Part shown: in pieces, positions 39,346-50,427 of the stretch
Layout of the letters: each line of letters begins with the position of its first letter
How positions within the stretch are numbered: position 1 is the stretch's first letter
NCBI GenBank assembly: GCA_964447395.1
Contig: CAYUSO010000004.1
Coordinates: 109-64,108, forward strand
Length of the DNA stretch: 64,000 nucleotides
Reading direction: 5' to 3'
Source of the DNA: an uncultured Rhizobium sp.
GTDB taxonomy: Bacteria > Pseudomonadota > Alphaproteobacteria > Rickettsiales > UBA1997
Program-made: the position numbers and the translations under genes
The notes under the pieces: model-generated
Database searches by the model: none
Told to the model about the DNA's origin: nothing
What the model saw: only the letters and a program-made list of their open reading frames with translations

Positions 39346-40582
39346 ATTTTGGAGCCTTATCGTTGTTGAACAAGGCTTCGCCGGCCTCGAGGAATTTGCG
39401 CGGATTTAACGGAATATTTCTGTAGCGCACTTCGTAGTGCAAGTGGGAGCCAGTGCTGCGTCCAGTGCTGCCTTGCAGTGCGATTACTTCGCCTTTTTTT
39501 ACAATTTGCCCCTCTTTCACTTTCACCGCGGATAAATGGCCATAGCGTGTAGTTATGCCAAAACCATGATCGATTACAACGGCATTTCCGTAATCGCTGA
39601 ATTTACCAGCCAAAATCACCCTTCCTTGCGACGGGCTGATGATTTTTTCGTTATTAACTCCAACAAAATCCAAACCGCGATGCATCGCCATTCTTCCAGT
39701 GATTGGATCAGTTCTTCTGCCAAAACCGCTGGAGACGTAGTAATTCTTCATTGGACGAGATAGCGGCATAACAAAAGCGAGCCTTTCCAAAACCATCAAA
39801 TAATCGATTTCGCTGGTAAATTGGATTTTTTCTAAGTGACGCTCGAGATAATCTTCATCTGAAATCGAGCCCGATTCCGCCAAAGCGCGATCGATAGAAC
39901 TATTTTCCTCATCTTCCTCAAGTGGACCACCTTGAGCCAATGGTCTTTTGCCATTCAGAGAGAAGGTCTTGATTGGTGCGCTATACCTTTTTTGCAGCTC
40001 TTTCGACTGAGGTTTTTTGATATTTAGACCAGTTAGAGAAAAGGCGTTTTCAATTTTTTTGATACGCTCTTGCGCAATTGATTTGATGCTGGCGAGCTGC
40101 TCTTCCGCTTGCTTAACTTCCTTTAGAGTGTGCTTGTCGCGCTTAGAAAGATCGTCTTCCTTAAAGCTTTTTGGCTGCTTGAAGTTATTTTGATCGCTGG
40201 CCTTAACCGCCTGAACGCCACTGGTGACGGAAACGAGATATTCGTTAACCTTTTTTAGCTTCTCATTCACATTCTCAAATTCATCAGCGAAGTAGGAATT
40301 GACTGACTTGAGCTTGTTAATTTCTTCGGATTTGGCAGCGATAACCTCATCATATCGCAATGACTGCATGAAAAGGTTTATTACCCAAGCGAAGAAAATG
40401 AACAAACCGGCCTGCAATAAAGGCCCGAAGGTAATGCTTTGGATTTTCTCGTTAGTGACAAAAAGCACGGTTCTTTTGGTGAAAAGCAAAGCATAAAAAC
40501 GACGCAATCCTTTTAGCAGGATAGCACCTAGAGCAGAAAGACTGTCGAAGATTTTCTTTTTGAGAAAAAAGCCTCTTTTCAT
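39332..40582 (-). CDS. M23 (LytM) family metallopeptidase with N-terminal TM and coiled coil
   Basis: 416-aa ORF with HRGLDF, GNAVVIDHG, and GSTGRSTGSHLHYEVR. It overlaps the downstream bactofilin gene by 14 nt. Confidence 0.88.
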   Translation of the reverse strand: MKRGFFLKKKIFDSLSALGAILLKGLRRFYALLFTKRTVLFVTNEKIQSITFGPLLQAGLFIFFAWVINLFMQSLRYDEVIAAKSEEINKLKSVNSYFADEFENVNEKLKKVNEYLVSVTSGVQAVKASDQNNFKQPKSFKEDDLSKRDKHTLKEVKQAEEQLASIKSIAQERIKKIENAFSLTGLNIKKPQSKELQKRYSAPIKTFSLNGKRPLAQGGPLEEDEENSSIDRALAESGSISDEDYLERHLEKIQFTSEIDYLMVLERLAFVMPLSRPMKNYYVSSGFGRRTDPITGRMAMHRGLDFVGVNNEKIISPSQGRVILAGKFSDYGNAVVIDHGFGITTRYGHLSAVKVKEGQIVKKGEVIALQGSTGRSTGSHLHYEVRYRNIPLNPRKFLEAGEALFNNDKAPKYANS

Positions 40583-40809
40583 TAAAAAAAATTTGATTCC
40601 TAGGAAGTGGGGAAAGACTGGTAAAAACTACAGAGTCGGGATTGATGAAAATCAAACCGAACTAACAATTTACTAAAAAATGAGCCGGCATTGTTTTAAT
40701 GCGAGTCAGCATTGTCAAGATTTTTATGCCTTAAATCCAAATGCCATATTGACAAAAAAACTTGCCTACCTAGCTTGCGCGCCCATTTTTAACTCAAGAA
40801 AATTCAGTT

Positions 40810-41061
40810 ATGTCGAAAGCAAAATCGCCGAAAGCTCAAGCGGCAGGAGTTCATCCAAAACAGCATTTGGTTAACGTTGTTATGACCAACAAAACTACCT
40901 TCCAAATCCTTACTACATGGGGTAAAGAAGGCGATACTCTAACCCTCGACGTTGATCCAAAAAATCATCCAGCTTGGCAAGAAAATGCACAAAACTTTGT
41001 CAATGCTAACGACGAAAGATTGAACAAATTCAAGAAAAAATTCGGCGATTTCAAATTCTAG
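40810..41061 (+). CDS. rpmE: 50S ribosomal protein L31 (Cys-less alphaproteobacterial type)
   Basis: 83-aa ORF. GVHPKQHLVNVVMTNKTTFQILTTWGKEGDTLTLDVDPKNHPAWQ matches the alphaproteobacterial L31 pattern. Confidence 0.85.
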   Translation: MSKAKSPKAQAAGVHPKQHLVNVVMTNKTTFQILTTWGKEGDTLTLDVDPKNHPAWQENAQNFVNANDERLNKFKKKFGDFKF

Positions 41062-41065
41062 TCGC

Positions 41066-41779
41066 ATGATCAAAAAGATTCTCTGTCTTTCAGGATGGGG
41101 TCAAAAATTCGATTCTTTGGAATCAGTTTTTGATCCCATTTTTTTTGCTGGTGCGGAAGTGAAATCGGCTAATTATTCGCGCTGCAATTCCGTCGAAAAT
41201 TTTTTTGCCGAGATGCAGAAGGAAAATTTCTACCCAGAAGTTGTGATGGGCTGGAGCCTTGGCGGACAACTCGCCATTCGCTTAATCGAGAAAAAAGTCC
41301 TTCAGCCAAAATTACTGATTTTGCTCGCCCCACCTTTTCAGATGATCAAAGATTCGCGAATTCAAGCCGGCATGGCCAAAACAACTTTTGACGAATTTTA
41401 CAAAAATTTTTCGCAAGCACCGACACAAACTCTCAAGCAATTTTCAATTCTTGCCGCGATGAATGATCGCCATGCCGCAGAAATCGCGCGCACTCTCGAT
41501 GTGAGCGAAGAAAATTTTGAAAATTTAAAATTTTGGCTGGAAGAATTGGCGCGCTTTTCTTGCTTTGATGTCGATTTTTCTAACATGCCGCAAACCCTTT
41601 ATTTTCATGGCGCCGGCGACATGATCGTTCACGCATCTCAAGCCGAATATTTCAAAGAAAGAATCAGAAATTTCCGCCAAGAAATCTTCAAAAATTGCGG
41701 CCACGCGCCTCATTTGAGCGATGTTGAGAAGATGAGAAAAATTATTTTGGAGGAAATTGACTCGTTAAAAATAATTTAG
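41066..41779 (+). CDS. alpha/beta hydrolase, BioH-like carboxylesterase
   Basis: 237-aa ORF with the nucleophile elbow GWSLGG and a late His in NCGHAPHL. Confidence 0.55.
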   Translation: MIKKILCLSGWGQKFDSLESVFDPIFFAGAEVKSANYSRCNSVENFFAEMQKENFYPEVVMGWSLGGQLAIRLIEKKVLQPKLLILLAPPFQMIKDSRIQAGMAKTTFDEFYKNFSQAPTQTLKQFSILAAMNDRHAAEIARTLDVSEENFENLKFWLEELARFSCFDVDFSNMPQTLYFHGAGDMIVHASQAEYFKERIRNFRQEIFKNCGHAPHLSDVEKMRKIILEEIDSLKII

Positions 41780-41817
41780 AAGCTGCAAAAAATCTCCAAC
41801 CACAATTCTCAAAACCC

Positions 41818-42648
41818 ATGAAACTCAAGGCTTTTCTCGTTTTTTTTCTTTTCCTTTCCGCAGCAAATTCTGCCGAACCGCCAAAAATCCAACTGGCGAA
41901 TCTTTACCACGAAGGCATCAATCTTGATGAATATTTAATCAGCGAAAAGCTCGATGGAGTTAGGGCGCGCTTCAATGGAAAAAATTTAATTTCGCGTCAG
42001 GGAAATTTAATAAATGCGCCGCAATGGTTTTTAGAAAAAATTCCGCATGAAGAATTGGATGGCGAATTATGGATAGCGCGCGGCATGTTTGAAAAAACCT
42101 CCGGAATCCTGCGCCAAGCAGTTCCGCAAGATGATGATTGGCAGCAAATTAAATTTATGATTTTCGATTTACCAAAAAATCCTGCGATTTTCTCGGCGCG
42201 TTATGAAGAAATGAAAAAACTCATTCAAGCCTCTAATAGCAAGCATTTACAACTGATCGAACAATTTGAAATTTCCGATCACAAAACCCTGATGAATCAC
42301 CTTAATTTAATCGTAAAAAACGGCGGCGAAGGCTTGATGCTGCATAAAAAAAATTCCCTTTATCAAGCAATTCGCAGCGACGATATTTTGAAATTAAAAA
42401 CCTTTGAAGATGCTGAAGCTATAGTGATTTCCATCGTTCCTGGCAAAGGGAAATTAAGCGGAAAAATGGGCGCAATTTTAGTCGAAAATGACGATAAAAT
42501 CCGCTTCAAAATCGGCGGTGGTTTTTCCGACGAACAAAGAAAAAACCCGCCAAAAATCGGCACCAAAATCACCTATAAATTTTTCGGCAAAACCAAAAAT
42601 AACAAACCGCGTTTTCCAAGTTTTTTGCGGACAAGAGAAAATTTTTAA
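41818..42648 (+). CDS. minimal ATP-dependent DNA ligase with signal peptide (Lig E type)
   Basis: 276-aa ORF with signal peptide MKLKAFLVFFLFLSAANSA, adenylation motif I SEKLDGVRA, motifs GEGLMLHK and ILKLK, and an OB-fold tail ending in PRFPSFLR. Confidence 0.85.
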   Translation: MKLKAFLVFFLFLSAANSAEPPKIQLANLYHEGINLDEYLISEKLDGVRARFNGKNLISRQGNLINAPQWFLEKIPHEELDGELWIARGMFEKTSGILRQAVPQDDDWQQIKFMIFDLPKNPAIFSARYEEMKKLIQASNSKHLQLIEQFEISDHKTLMNHLNLIVKNGGEGLMLHKKNSLYQAIRSDDILKLKTFEDAEAIVISIVPGKGKLSGKMGAILVENDDKIRFKIGGGFSDEQRKNPPKIGTKITYKFFGKTKNNKPRFPSFLRTRENF

Positions 42649-42662
42649 CACTGGATTCTATC

Positions 42663-43202
42663 TTAAAACTCAGTCACCTGATTTCCGCTGTTATAAGGAA
42701 ATTTTGGATTAAACCACGCCATCATTACATCGCCGCTTAATTCATTTTTTGAATCAAGAAGGCGATTTTTGCAAATTCCTTCGATTTCAAAACCAAGAGA
42801 TTGATAAAGTTTAATAGCGCGGAAATTTTTTTCGCGGCAGAAAAGTTCGACGCGAGCAATATCGCGATGATGATTTTTTATTTCTTCAAGTAGGTAAGAA
42901 AAAATTTTCCGACCCAGGCCGCGCCCATGAAAATCGGGGTGAACCACCAAAGTCGTGTTGCTAAAACAATGTTTGAAACAGTGCGGAAAATTTTTATAAC
43001 AGTGTATTTCGGCAATAATTTTTTCATCTTCTTCGCCAACAAAAATCAAACCTTTCTGCAGCGCTTCATCAACAAAATTTTCAACATCACGCAAAAAAAT
43101 TTCCTCAGGAATTCTCGCTATTCCATCCTTTATTTCCGCAGCTTTGAGATGAAGTTCAAAAATTTTCTTAGCGTCGGTTTTTTGCGCTTTACGTATTTTC
43201 AT
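42663..43202 (-). CDS. GNAT-family N-acetyltransferase
   Basis: 179-aa ORF with the acetyl-CoA motif VHPDFHGRGLGRKIF. Confidence 0.85.
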   Translation of the reverse strand: MKIRKAQKTDAKKIFELHLKAAEIKDGIARIPEEIFLRDVENFVDEALQKGLIFVGEEDEKIIAEIHCYKNFPHCFKHCFSNTTLVVHPDFHGRGLGRKIFSYLLEEIKNHHRDIARVELFCREKNFRAIKLYQSLGFEIEGICKNRLLDSKNELSGDVMMAWFNPKFPYNSGNQVTEF

Positions 43203-43490
43203 AATTTATTTTTTAGCTCTCCCGCGCTTGGAATAAATTTCCTGAGATGTTTGTCAGTGATTTTTTGCGAAGTTTTATATTCTGAAACGCCGAGCGATTT
43301 TATGAGATAGTACGTGGCGTGTTTAGTGATTTCTTTGTTGTTTTTGGTGCAGAGGATGATGCCGATTTAGCCTTTATCCTCGCGGCTTTTCGGCTTTTTG
43401 TCAATTACCAAAAGAATAGAAGGCCAGCTTGCCAGATTTTAATTCGGAAATCAGTGTGGGGCAGTATTTGGTGAGTGATATTTTTTTCAT
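43199..43490 (-). pseudogene. remnant of a YhcG/DUF1016-type PD-(D/E)XK nuclease gene
   Basis: The minus strand reads IGIILCTKNNKEITKHATYYLIKSLGVSEYKTSQKITDKHLRKFIPSAGELKNKL*, typical of the DUF1016 C-terminus, preceded by stops and frame breaks. Its stop overlaps the GNAT ATG (ATGA). Confidence 0.4.
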
Positions 43491-43513
43491 AAATTTGGAT
43501 TTGATTGGTTTGT

Positions 43514-43538
43514 AGATCCCGAAACAAGTTCGGGATCT
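43514..43538. repeat. family B hairpin (agatcccgaa-acaa-gttcgggatct)
   Basis: The same stem sequence occurs at 8304, 49665 and 52564. This copy is 4 nt downstream of the comM stop. Confidence 0.55.
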
Positions 43539-43541
43539 GTC

Positions 43542-45056
43542 TTAGATTTTTCGTCGATAAGAAATTGCTTCGAGAAGATGTGTAGAAGAAATTTTTTCCG
43601 ACTCTTCCAAATCCGAGATGGTGCGCGCAACCCTGAGAATTCTGGTGATTCCGCGCATTGAGCTTTGCATTTTTTGTACAGAATTTTGTAAAATTTTTTG
43701 ACTCACCTCATCAAGTTCACAAAATTTTTCTAAAATTTTTCCGTCAATTTTGGCATTTATTTTTGGCAGATTTTTCATCTCGATTTCTTTTTCGTATCTT
43801 TTTTTCTGCAGCTCGCGCGCCGCTAAAACTCTGGCTTTAACCACTTCGGAGCTTTCGCCTTTTTGTAAATTTTTTGCGGAAAAAATATCGATTTGCCCAA
43901 CCGAAACTGAGATGTCGATGCGATCCAAAAGCGGGCCGGAAATTTTATTTTTATATTCCTCACCGCAAATTGGCGCCTTTTTACATTCGCGCGAAGCATC
44001 GCCTAGAAAGCCACAGCGGCAAGGGTTCATCGCGGTCACTAATTGAAAATTTGCTGGGTAAGTTATGTGAGAATTTACGCGCGAAATGCTGACATCACCA
44101 GTTTCAAGCGGTTGACGAAGCGAGTCTAAAACCACACGCGGAAACTCCGCCAATTCATCCAAAAACAACACGCCGTTATGAGCGAGCGAAACCTCTCCTG
44201 GCTTAGCTCTAGCGCCTCCTCCAACCATCGCTGGCATTGAGCAAGAATGATGCACTTCGCGATAAGGTCGCGCGGTGATTAATTTGCCGTCTAGCAATTT
44301 TCCACTGACGGAAGCGATCATGTTTATTTCCAAAATTTCTTCCAAATCGCATGGCGGCAAAATTCCGGGCAAACGCGAAGCGAGCATTGATTTTCCTGTT
44401 CCGGGAGGCCCAACCATCAACAAATTATGTCCACCCGCTGCGGCGATTTCGAGAGCGCGTTTTGCGGTTTCTTGACCTTTTACGTCCGATAAATCTGGGT
44501 AATTTTTTTCCTCAAAAATTTTTGTGGTTTCTGGACGCGCGAGAATTTGCTCGCTCTTCAAATGATTGATCAGAGTTAGAATATCTGGCGCGGCGATAAT
44601 CTCCAAATCGCCAGCCCAAGCGGCTTCGCGACCATTCGCAGTAGGACAAATTATTCCGCAATTTCGCTGATTTGCGCCAATCGCCGCGGAAATAATTCCG
44701 CTAACCGGAGTGATTGATCCATCCAAAGAAAGCTCGCCCAAAATAAAAAATTCATCAATGAGATGCTGCGACAAAACACCGATTTCGATCATGATTCCAA
44801 GCGCAATTGCGAGATCAAAATGGCTACCTTCTTTTTGTAAATCTGCGGGCGCGAGATTTACGGTGATGCGCTGATATGGCCAAGAAATTCCTGTCGATAA
44901 AATCGCCGCGCGCACGCGTTCCTTCGATTCGCCAACGGCTTTATCGGGCAAGCCAACAATGTTAAAAACGGGATTTCCGGGAGAAATTTTTACTTGAACA
45001 TCAACGGGAGCAACATCAATTCCCGCAAAGGAAAAGGTTTGGATTTTGGCAGTCAT
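43542..45056 (-). CDS. comM: Mg-chelatase-like AAA+ protein YifB/ComM
   Basis: Start chosen at MTAKIQTFSFAGI. Contains the Lon-protease-like N-domain, Walker A GPPGTGKSM, Walker B LFLDEL, and the C-terminal RILRVARTISDL. Confidence 0.9.
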   Translation of the reverse strand: MTAKIQTFSFAGIDVAPVDVQVKISPGNPVFNIVGLPDKAVGESKERVRAAILSTGISWPYQRITVNLAPADLQKEGSHFDLAIALGIMIEIGVLSQHLIDEFFILGELSLDGSITPVSGIISAAIGANQRNCGIICPTANGREAAWAGDLEIIAAPDILTLINHLKSEQILARPETTKIFEEKNYPDLSDVKGQETAKRALEIAAAGGHNLLMVGPPGTGKSMLASRLPGILPPCDLEEILEINMIASVSGKLLDGKLITARPYREVHHSCSMPAMVGGGARAKPGEVSLAHNGVLFLDELAEFPRVVLDSLRQPLETGDVSISRVNSHITYPANFQLVTAMNPCRCGFLGDASRECKKAPICGEEYKNKISGPLLDRIDISVSVGQIDIFSAKNLQKGESSEVVKARVLAARELQKKRYEKEIEMKNLPKINAKIDGKILEKFCELDEVSQKILQNSVQKMQSSMRGITRILRVARTISDLEESEKISSTHLLEAISYRRKI

Positions 45057-45157
45057 TGTGGGTTTTAGTTTGTGGTGTAAAAAAAATAATTCGTTGCGAA
45101 TGGGCGAATTTACTCCGCCCACAGCAACTCCTTATTCCCTAATTTTGCGAAACAAAA

Positions 45158-46579
<1,422 letters not shown>

Positions 46580-46846
46580 AGGATTTTTTAAAAAAATTTT
46601 AGAAAAGGAGGAAAACGACAAGAATTTGTCGGTCAAAAGACGGGAGAGATTTTCTATTTTTCAGCACTTCAAAAGTATAGAGGCTTTTTTCAAAAATTTT
46701 GAACTTTTTGTGAAAAATCTAACTTTTGGATAGGATTTTCGGGAAAATTTGGTGATTTTTGACAAAAAATCTGACAAAAAGTCCGAAATCTTCCTAATTT
46801 TTGGGATTTTTCTAAAAATACGTTTTTGAGGAAATTCAACAGAAAA

Positions 46847-46923
46847 TGGCGAACCCGAGACGATTCGAACGTCCGACCCACAGCTTAGAAGGCTGTTGCT
46901 CTATCCAACTGAGCTACGGGTTC
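46847..46923 (-). tRNA. tRNA-Arg (anticodon UCU), CCA encoded
   Basis: The reverse complement folds as gaacccg-ta-gctc-agttggata-gagc-a-acagc-ctTCTaa-gctgt-gggtc-ggacg-ttcgaat-cgtct-cgggttc-g-cca. Confidence 0.93.
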
Positions 46924-46964
46924 ATTTGGAAGGACGGCGCTTTCTAGGTTTCGTCGAAAAAAAA

Positions 46965-47675
46965 TCAATTGGAATTCTGGGCGCGGGTTTTGGGATCTGT
47001 CTTTTCAACTTTGGCGTAAAACCTTTCCCCAAAAATTGCCGTGCCGATGCGAATGTGCGTGGCGCCCAGCGCGATGGCATCTTCAAAATCTGCGCTCATA
47101 CCCATCGATAATTTTTCCAAACCATTTTCTTTAGCAAGTTTGGCCAATAATGCAAAGTAGGGCGAAGCCAGTTCTGACAAGGGTGGAATGCACATTAAGC
47201 CAGTCACATTTAAGTCGCATTCATCGCGCGAAAATTTTATGAAATCCGCGACTTCACTCGGAAAAATTCCACCTTTTTGTTCTTCTTCGCCAACATTAAC
47301 TTGAATAAAAATTTCAGGATTTTTTTGTTTTTTGGCGATTTCTTTTTTCAAAGCCAAAGCCAATTTTTTGTTGTCCAAAACCTCGATGCAGTCAAATAAA
47401 TCAACGGCTTCTGCGACTTTATTGCTTTGTAAATTTCCAATGAAATGCAATTTCACTTCCGGATTTTTTGCACGGATTTCCGGCCATTTTTCCTTCGCTT
47501 CTTTGATGTAATTTTCGCCAAAAATTTTTATGCCACATTTGATCGCTTCATAAATTTTCTCGCTCGAAACCATTTTGGAAACGGCAATTAAATTGACTCT
47601 TGCAACATCTCGTCTGTAGAGTTTGCAGGCATTTTTGATTTTGTCATTTATGAGCAAAATATTTCTATCAATCAT
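46965..47675 (-). CDS. yggS: YggS-family pyridoxal-phosphate homeostasis protein
   Basis: 236-aa ORF with LIAVSK (PLP Lys), FGENY, HFIGNLQSNK, LSMGMSADFE, and IRIGTAIFG. Confidence 0.88.
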   Translation of the reverse strand: MIDRNILLINDKIKNACKLYRRDVARVNLIAVSKMVSSEKIYEAIKCGIKIFGENYIKEAKEKWPEIRAKNPEVKLHFIGNLQSNKVAEAVDLFDCIEVLDNKKLALALKKEIAKKQKNPEIFIQVNVGEEEQKGGIFPSEVADFIKFSRDECDLNVTGLMCIPPLSELASPYFALLAKLAKENGLEKLSMGMSADFEDAIALGATHIRIGTAIFGERFYAKVEKTDPKTRAQNSN

Positions 47676-47678
47676 GGA

Positions 47679-48239
47679 ATGAAAAAAGTTTTTTTTACTG
47701 ATCGCAAAAAAATTTCTGACTTCGAAAAAGTCATAAAAAATTTGCCGAAAAATTGCACGGTTGTCATCCGCGAATATGATTTGGATGATAAAAATCGTGA
47801 AATTTTTGCCGAAAAAATTTTCAGCTTATCTCGCGCTCAGGGCTTGAAAATTCTGGTTGGAAAAGATTTCGCTTTGGCAAGAAAAATTAAAGCCGATGGA
47901 GTTCATTTTTCTGATTTCGACAAATTGCCGCTGAAATTTTTTCAAAAAAAATCCTTCCCGAAAAATTTTATTTTTAGCTTCTCCTGTCACAGCGAAAAAT
48001 CACTTTTGCGCATCAAAAAATTTAAGCCAAACATGATTTTTATTGCGCCGATTTTTGCCACTTCCAGCCATGTCGGAACAAAAAGCCTCGGCCTGTTAAA
48101 TTTCGCAAAAATCGCTGTTAAAAACAAAATTTTATCGCCAATTTACGGGCTCGGCGGCATAAACTCGCAGAATCTTAAATCTCTAAAAAAACTGAAAATT
48201 GCCGGCTTCGGCGCAATCGATTATTTTTCTAAAACATGA
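47679..48239 (+). CDS. thiamine-phosphate synthase family protein (ThiE/TenI-like)
   Basis: 186-aa ORF with ADGVHFSD, IAPIFATSSH, and YGLGGIN. The match is weak and divergent. Confidence 0.5.
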   Translation: MKKVFFTDRKKISDFEKVIKNLPKNCTVVIREYDLDDKNREIFAEKIFSLSRAQGLKILVGKDFALARKIKADGVHFSDFDKLPLKFFQKKSFPKNFIFSFSCHSEKSLLRIKKFKPNMIFIAPIFATSSHVGTKSLGLLNFAKIAVKNKILSPIYGLGGINSQNLKSLKKLKIAGFGAIDYFSKT

Positions 48240-49657
48240 ACAGAATCACACCAATAATTCTCTCCGGCGGCTCAGGCACAAGACTCTGGCCAGTTTCTCG
48301 TGAATTAAATCCGAAACAATTTTTAGATTTTTTTGGCGAATTTTCGCTGTTTCAGCAAACCGCTTTGCGCGTAAAAAATTCTGAAGAATTCCGTCAACCA
48401 ATCGTGATTTGCAACAATGAGCACCGCTTTACCGCAGCTGAAGAATTGCAAAAAATTAAAATGGAAGCGCAGTCAATCATTCTAGAATCAATTGGCCGTA
48501 ATACCGCTCCCGCAATTGCAATTGCAGCACTTGATGTGATTACGAAAAATCCCAAAGATGATGTGATTTTGGTAATGCCATCTGATCACATCATAACTGA
48601 CGAAAAGCAATTTATTGAGCAGGTAAAAAAAGCTAAAAAAGCAACAAAGGATGAATATCTTGTCACTTTCGGAATCGTGCCGGACCGCGCTGAAACTGGC
48701 TATGGATACATTAAAAAAGATACCAAGTTGAAAGATTTTCCTGAACTTTTTTCCGTCGAAAAATTTATCGAAAAACCAAAAAAAGAAGTCGCGGAAGATT
48801 TTGTGCGCAGCGAAAAATATTTGTGGAATAGTGGAATTTTTATGTTTCGCGCCTCGATTTATCTCGAAGAATTGCAAAAATTTCACGGCGAAATTTTCGT
48901 CAATTGCGTTAACGCTTATAACAAGGCTGTGCGCGATCTCGACTTCATTCGCCTTCATGCCGAAAGCTTCGAAAAATGCGCCAATATTTCCATCGATTAC
49001 GCCGTGATGGAAAATGCAAAAAAAGTTGCAGTGGCGCCAATTAATGTCGGTTGGTCTGATGTCGGATCTTGGCAAGCCGTCGCTGATTTGGCCAAAAAAG
49101 ATAAAAATCAAAATAGTCTGATTGGGAATTCCTTCGCGTTGAAAAGCCAAAATTGCTACATCAACTCGCGCAACGGCTTAGTTGCTGCAATCGGCGTCGA
49201 AAATTTGATTATTATCTCACTCAAAGATGTGGTTCTCATCGCCAATAAAAACAACGCGCAAGACGTGAAGGAAATGTTCGAAGCTCTTAAGAAACTCAAG
49301 CACGAAGAATGTCGTTCTCACACCAAAGTTTTGCGTCCGTGGGGCGATTTTGAAACGGTTGATATTTCCGAGCGCTTCAAAGTTAAGCGCATCACGGTGA
49401 AGCCAAAAGCGTCGCTATCGCTGCAAATGCATAATCATCGCTCCGAACATTGGATTGTGGTTAAAGGCACAGCGCACGTCACTTGCGGCGCGAAAGAATT
49501 TGTGCTGACGGAAGATCAATCGACTTACATTCCAGTTGGCAAAAAACATCGCCTAGAAAATAAAGGTCGAATTCCTCTAGAGCTAATCGAGGTGCAGACT
49601 GGCGGCTATTTGGGAGAGGATGATATCATTCGCTTCAGCGATATTTACGGCAGGTAA
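48236..49657 (+). CDS. manC: mannose-1-phosphate guanylyltransferase / mannose-6-phosphate isomerase
   Basis: 473-aa ORF with ILSGGSGTRLWP, GYGYI, WNSGIF, and the cupin tail RPWG...VKRI.V.P...LSLQ.H.HR.EHW.VV.G. Confidence 0.92.
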   Translation: MNRITPIILSGGSGTRLWPVSRELNPKQFLDFFGEFSLFQQTALRVKNSEEFRQPIVICNNEHRFTAAEELQKIKMEAQSIILESIGRNTAPAIAIAALDVITKNPKDDVILVMPSDHIITDEKQFIEQVKKAKKATKDEYLVTFGIVPDRAETGYGYIKKDTKLKDFPELFSVEKFIEKPKKEVAEDFVRSEKYLWNSGIFMFRASIYLEELQKFHGEIFVNCVNAYNKAVRDLDFIRLHAESFEKCANISIDYAVMENAKKVAVAPINVGWSDVGSWQAVADLAKKDKNQNSLIGNSFALKSQNCYINSRNGLVAAIGVENLIIISLKDVVLIANKNNAQDVKEMFEALKKLKHEECRSHTKVLRPWGDFETVDISERFKVKRITVKPKASLSLQMHNHRSEHWIVVKGTAHVTCGAKEFVLTEDQSTYIPVGKKHRLENKGRIPLELIEVQTGGYLGEDDIIRFSDIYGR

Positions 49658-49664
49658 AACGGCA

Positions 49665-49701
49665 AAAGACAGATCCCGAACTTGTTTCGGGATCTGTCTT
49701 T
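49665..49701 (+). terminator. terminator hairpin after manC (longest family B copy)
   Basis: aaagacagatcccgaa-cttg-tttcgggatctgtcttt followed by t. It starts 8 nt after the manC stop. Confidence 0.6.
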
Positions 49702-49734
49702 TACAGCCTTCACAGCTCATCTAAAATTTTTTAA

Positions 49735-50343
49735 ATGCAGATTTTTTTTATAATTCTTCAGCAAGAACTGCGCATAAATTTTCGCCATCTCGAAAAAATT
49801 TTGGCGAATTTTTTGTTTTTTGTGATTTTTATTTCGAGTTTTTTTCTGCTGCAACAAAACGAAATGAATCAAGCGACTAGTGTTTCCGCAGCAATTTGGA
49901 TTTCCCTTCTCTCCTGCCTAATTTTTTCTTCCGCGGAATTTTTAAAAAAAGATTTTGATGATGGAACTATCGAGCAAATTTTGCTCTCCTGTGAAAATTT
50001 CGAGATTTTTATTTTTGCAAAAATGCTCGCCAATTGGCTTGTTTGTTGCCTTCCCATCTTGCTTGCGATTCTTTTTGTAAAATCCGAAAGCGATTTTTTA
50101 ATTTTGATTTTCGCCGCAAGTTTGGCGATCAACTTCATTTGCTGCTTCTGCGGCTCACTTTCAATTTTAGGAAATTCGGCGCCGATCATTGCAGTTATTG
50201 CTTTGCCGCTCATCATTCCAATTTTGCTGCTATCTTACGGAGACTTTTTCGTCAGTCTAAAATTGCTCAGCGGACTCTGCATTTTCCTCGGCGCGATTTT
50301 AACATTTGCGACAGCGAAGATCGTGAAAATCGCGGGAGAATAA
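49735..50343 (+). CDS. ccmB: heme exporter protein CcmB
   Basis: 202-aa ORF with 6 predicted TM segments. The N-terminus (IFFIILQQELRINFR) and the FxxDxxDGTLEQ-like motif (LKKDFDDGTIEQILL) are typical of CcmB. Confidence 0.7.
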   Translation: MQIFFIILQQELRINFRHLEKILANFLFFVIFISSFFLLQQNEMNQATSVSAAIWISLLSCLIFSSAEFLKKDFDDGTIEQILLSCENFEIFIFAKMLANWLVCCLPILLAILFVKSESDFLILIFAASLAINFICCFCGSLSILGNSAPIIAVIALPLIIPILLLSYGDFFVSLKLLSGLCIFLGAILTFATAKIVKIAGE

Positions 50344-50346
50344 ATA

Positions 50347-50416
50347 AGCTCCCCGAGCGGAGTCGAGGGGCGCGGAATCAAAACTCAGCGCCCCTCGACT
50401 TCGCTCGGGGAGCTGA
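50347..50416. repeat. palindromic element family A, core copy with different centre
   Basis: agctccccgagcggagtcgagggg-cgcggaatcaaaactcagcg-cccctcgacttcgctcggggagctga, between the convergent ccmB and pccA genes. Confidence 0.75.
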
Positions 50417-50427
50417 AAAGCTAAAAA

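Noticed and set aside
46580-46846. A/T-tract-rich glnA upstream region with repeated tgacaaaaa motifs, as a possible regulator binding array or curved DNA
   Set aside because: I could not demonstrate helical phasing by eye. There is no match to the NtrC or sigma-54 (tggcac-n5-ttgc) consensus. The composition is similar to other spacers.
48488-49150. 220-aa ORF antisense to manC
   Set aside because: It lies entirely within a well-supported manC coding region and has no recognisable motifs. AT-rich genomes generate long antisense ORFs.
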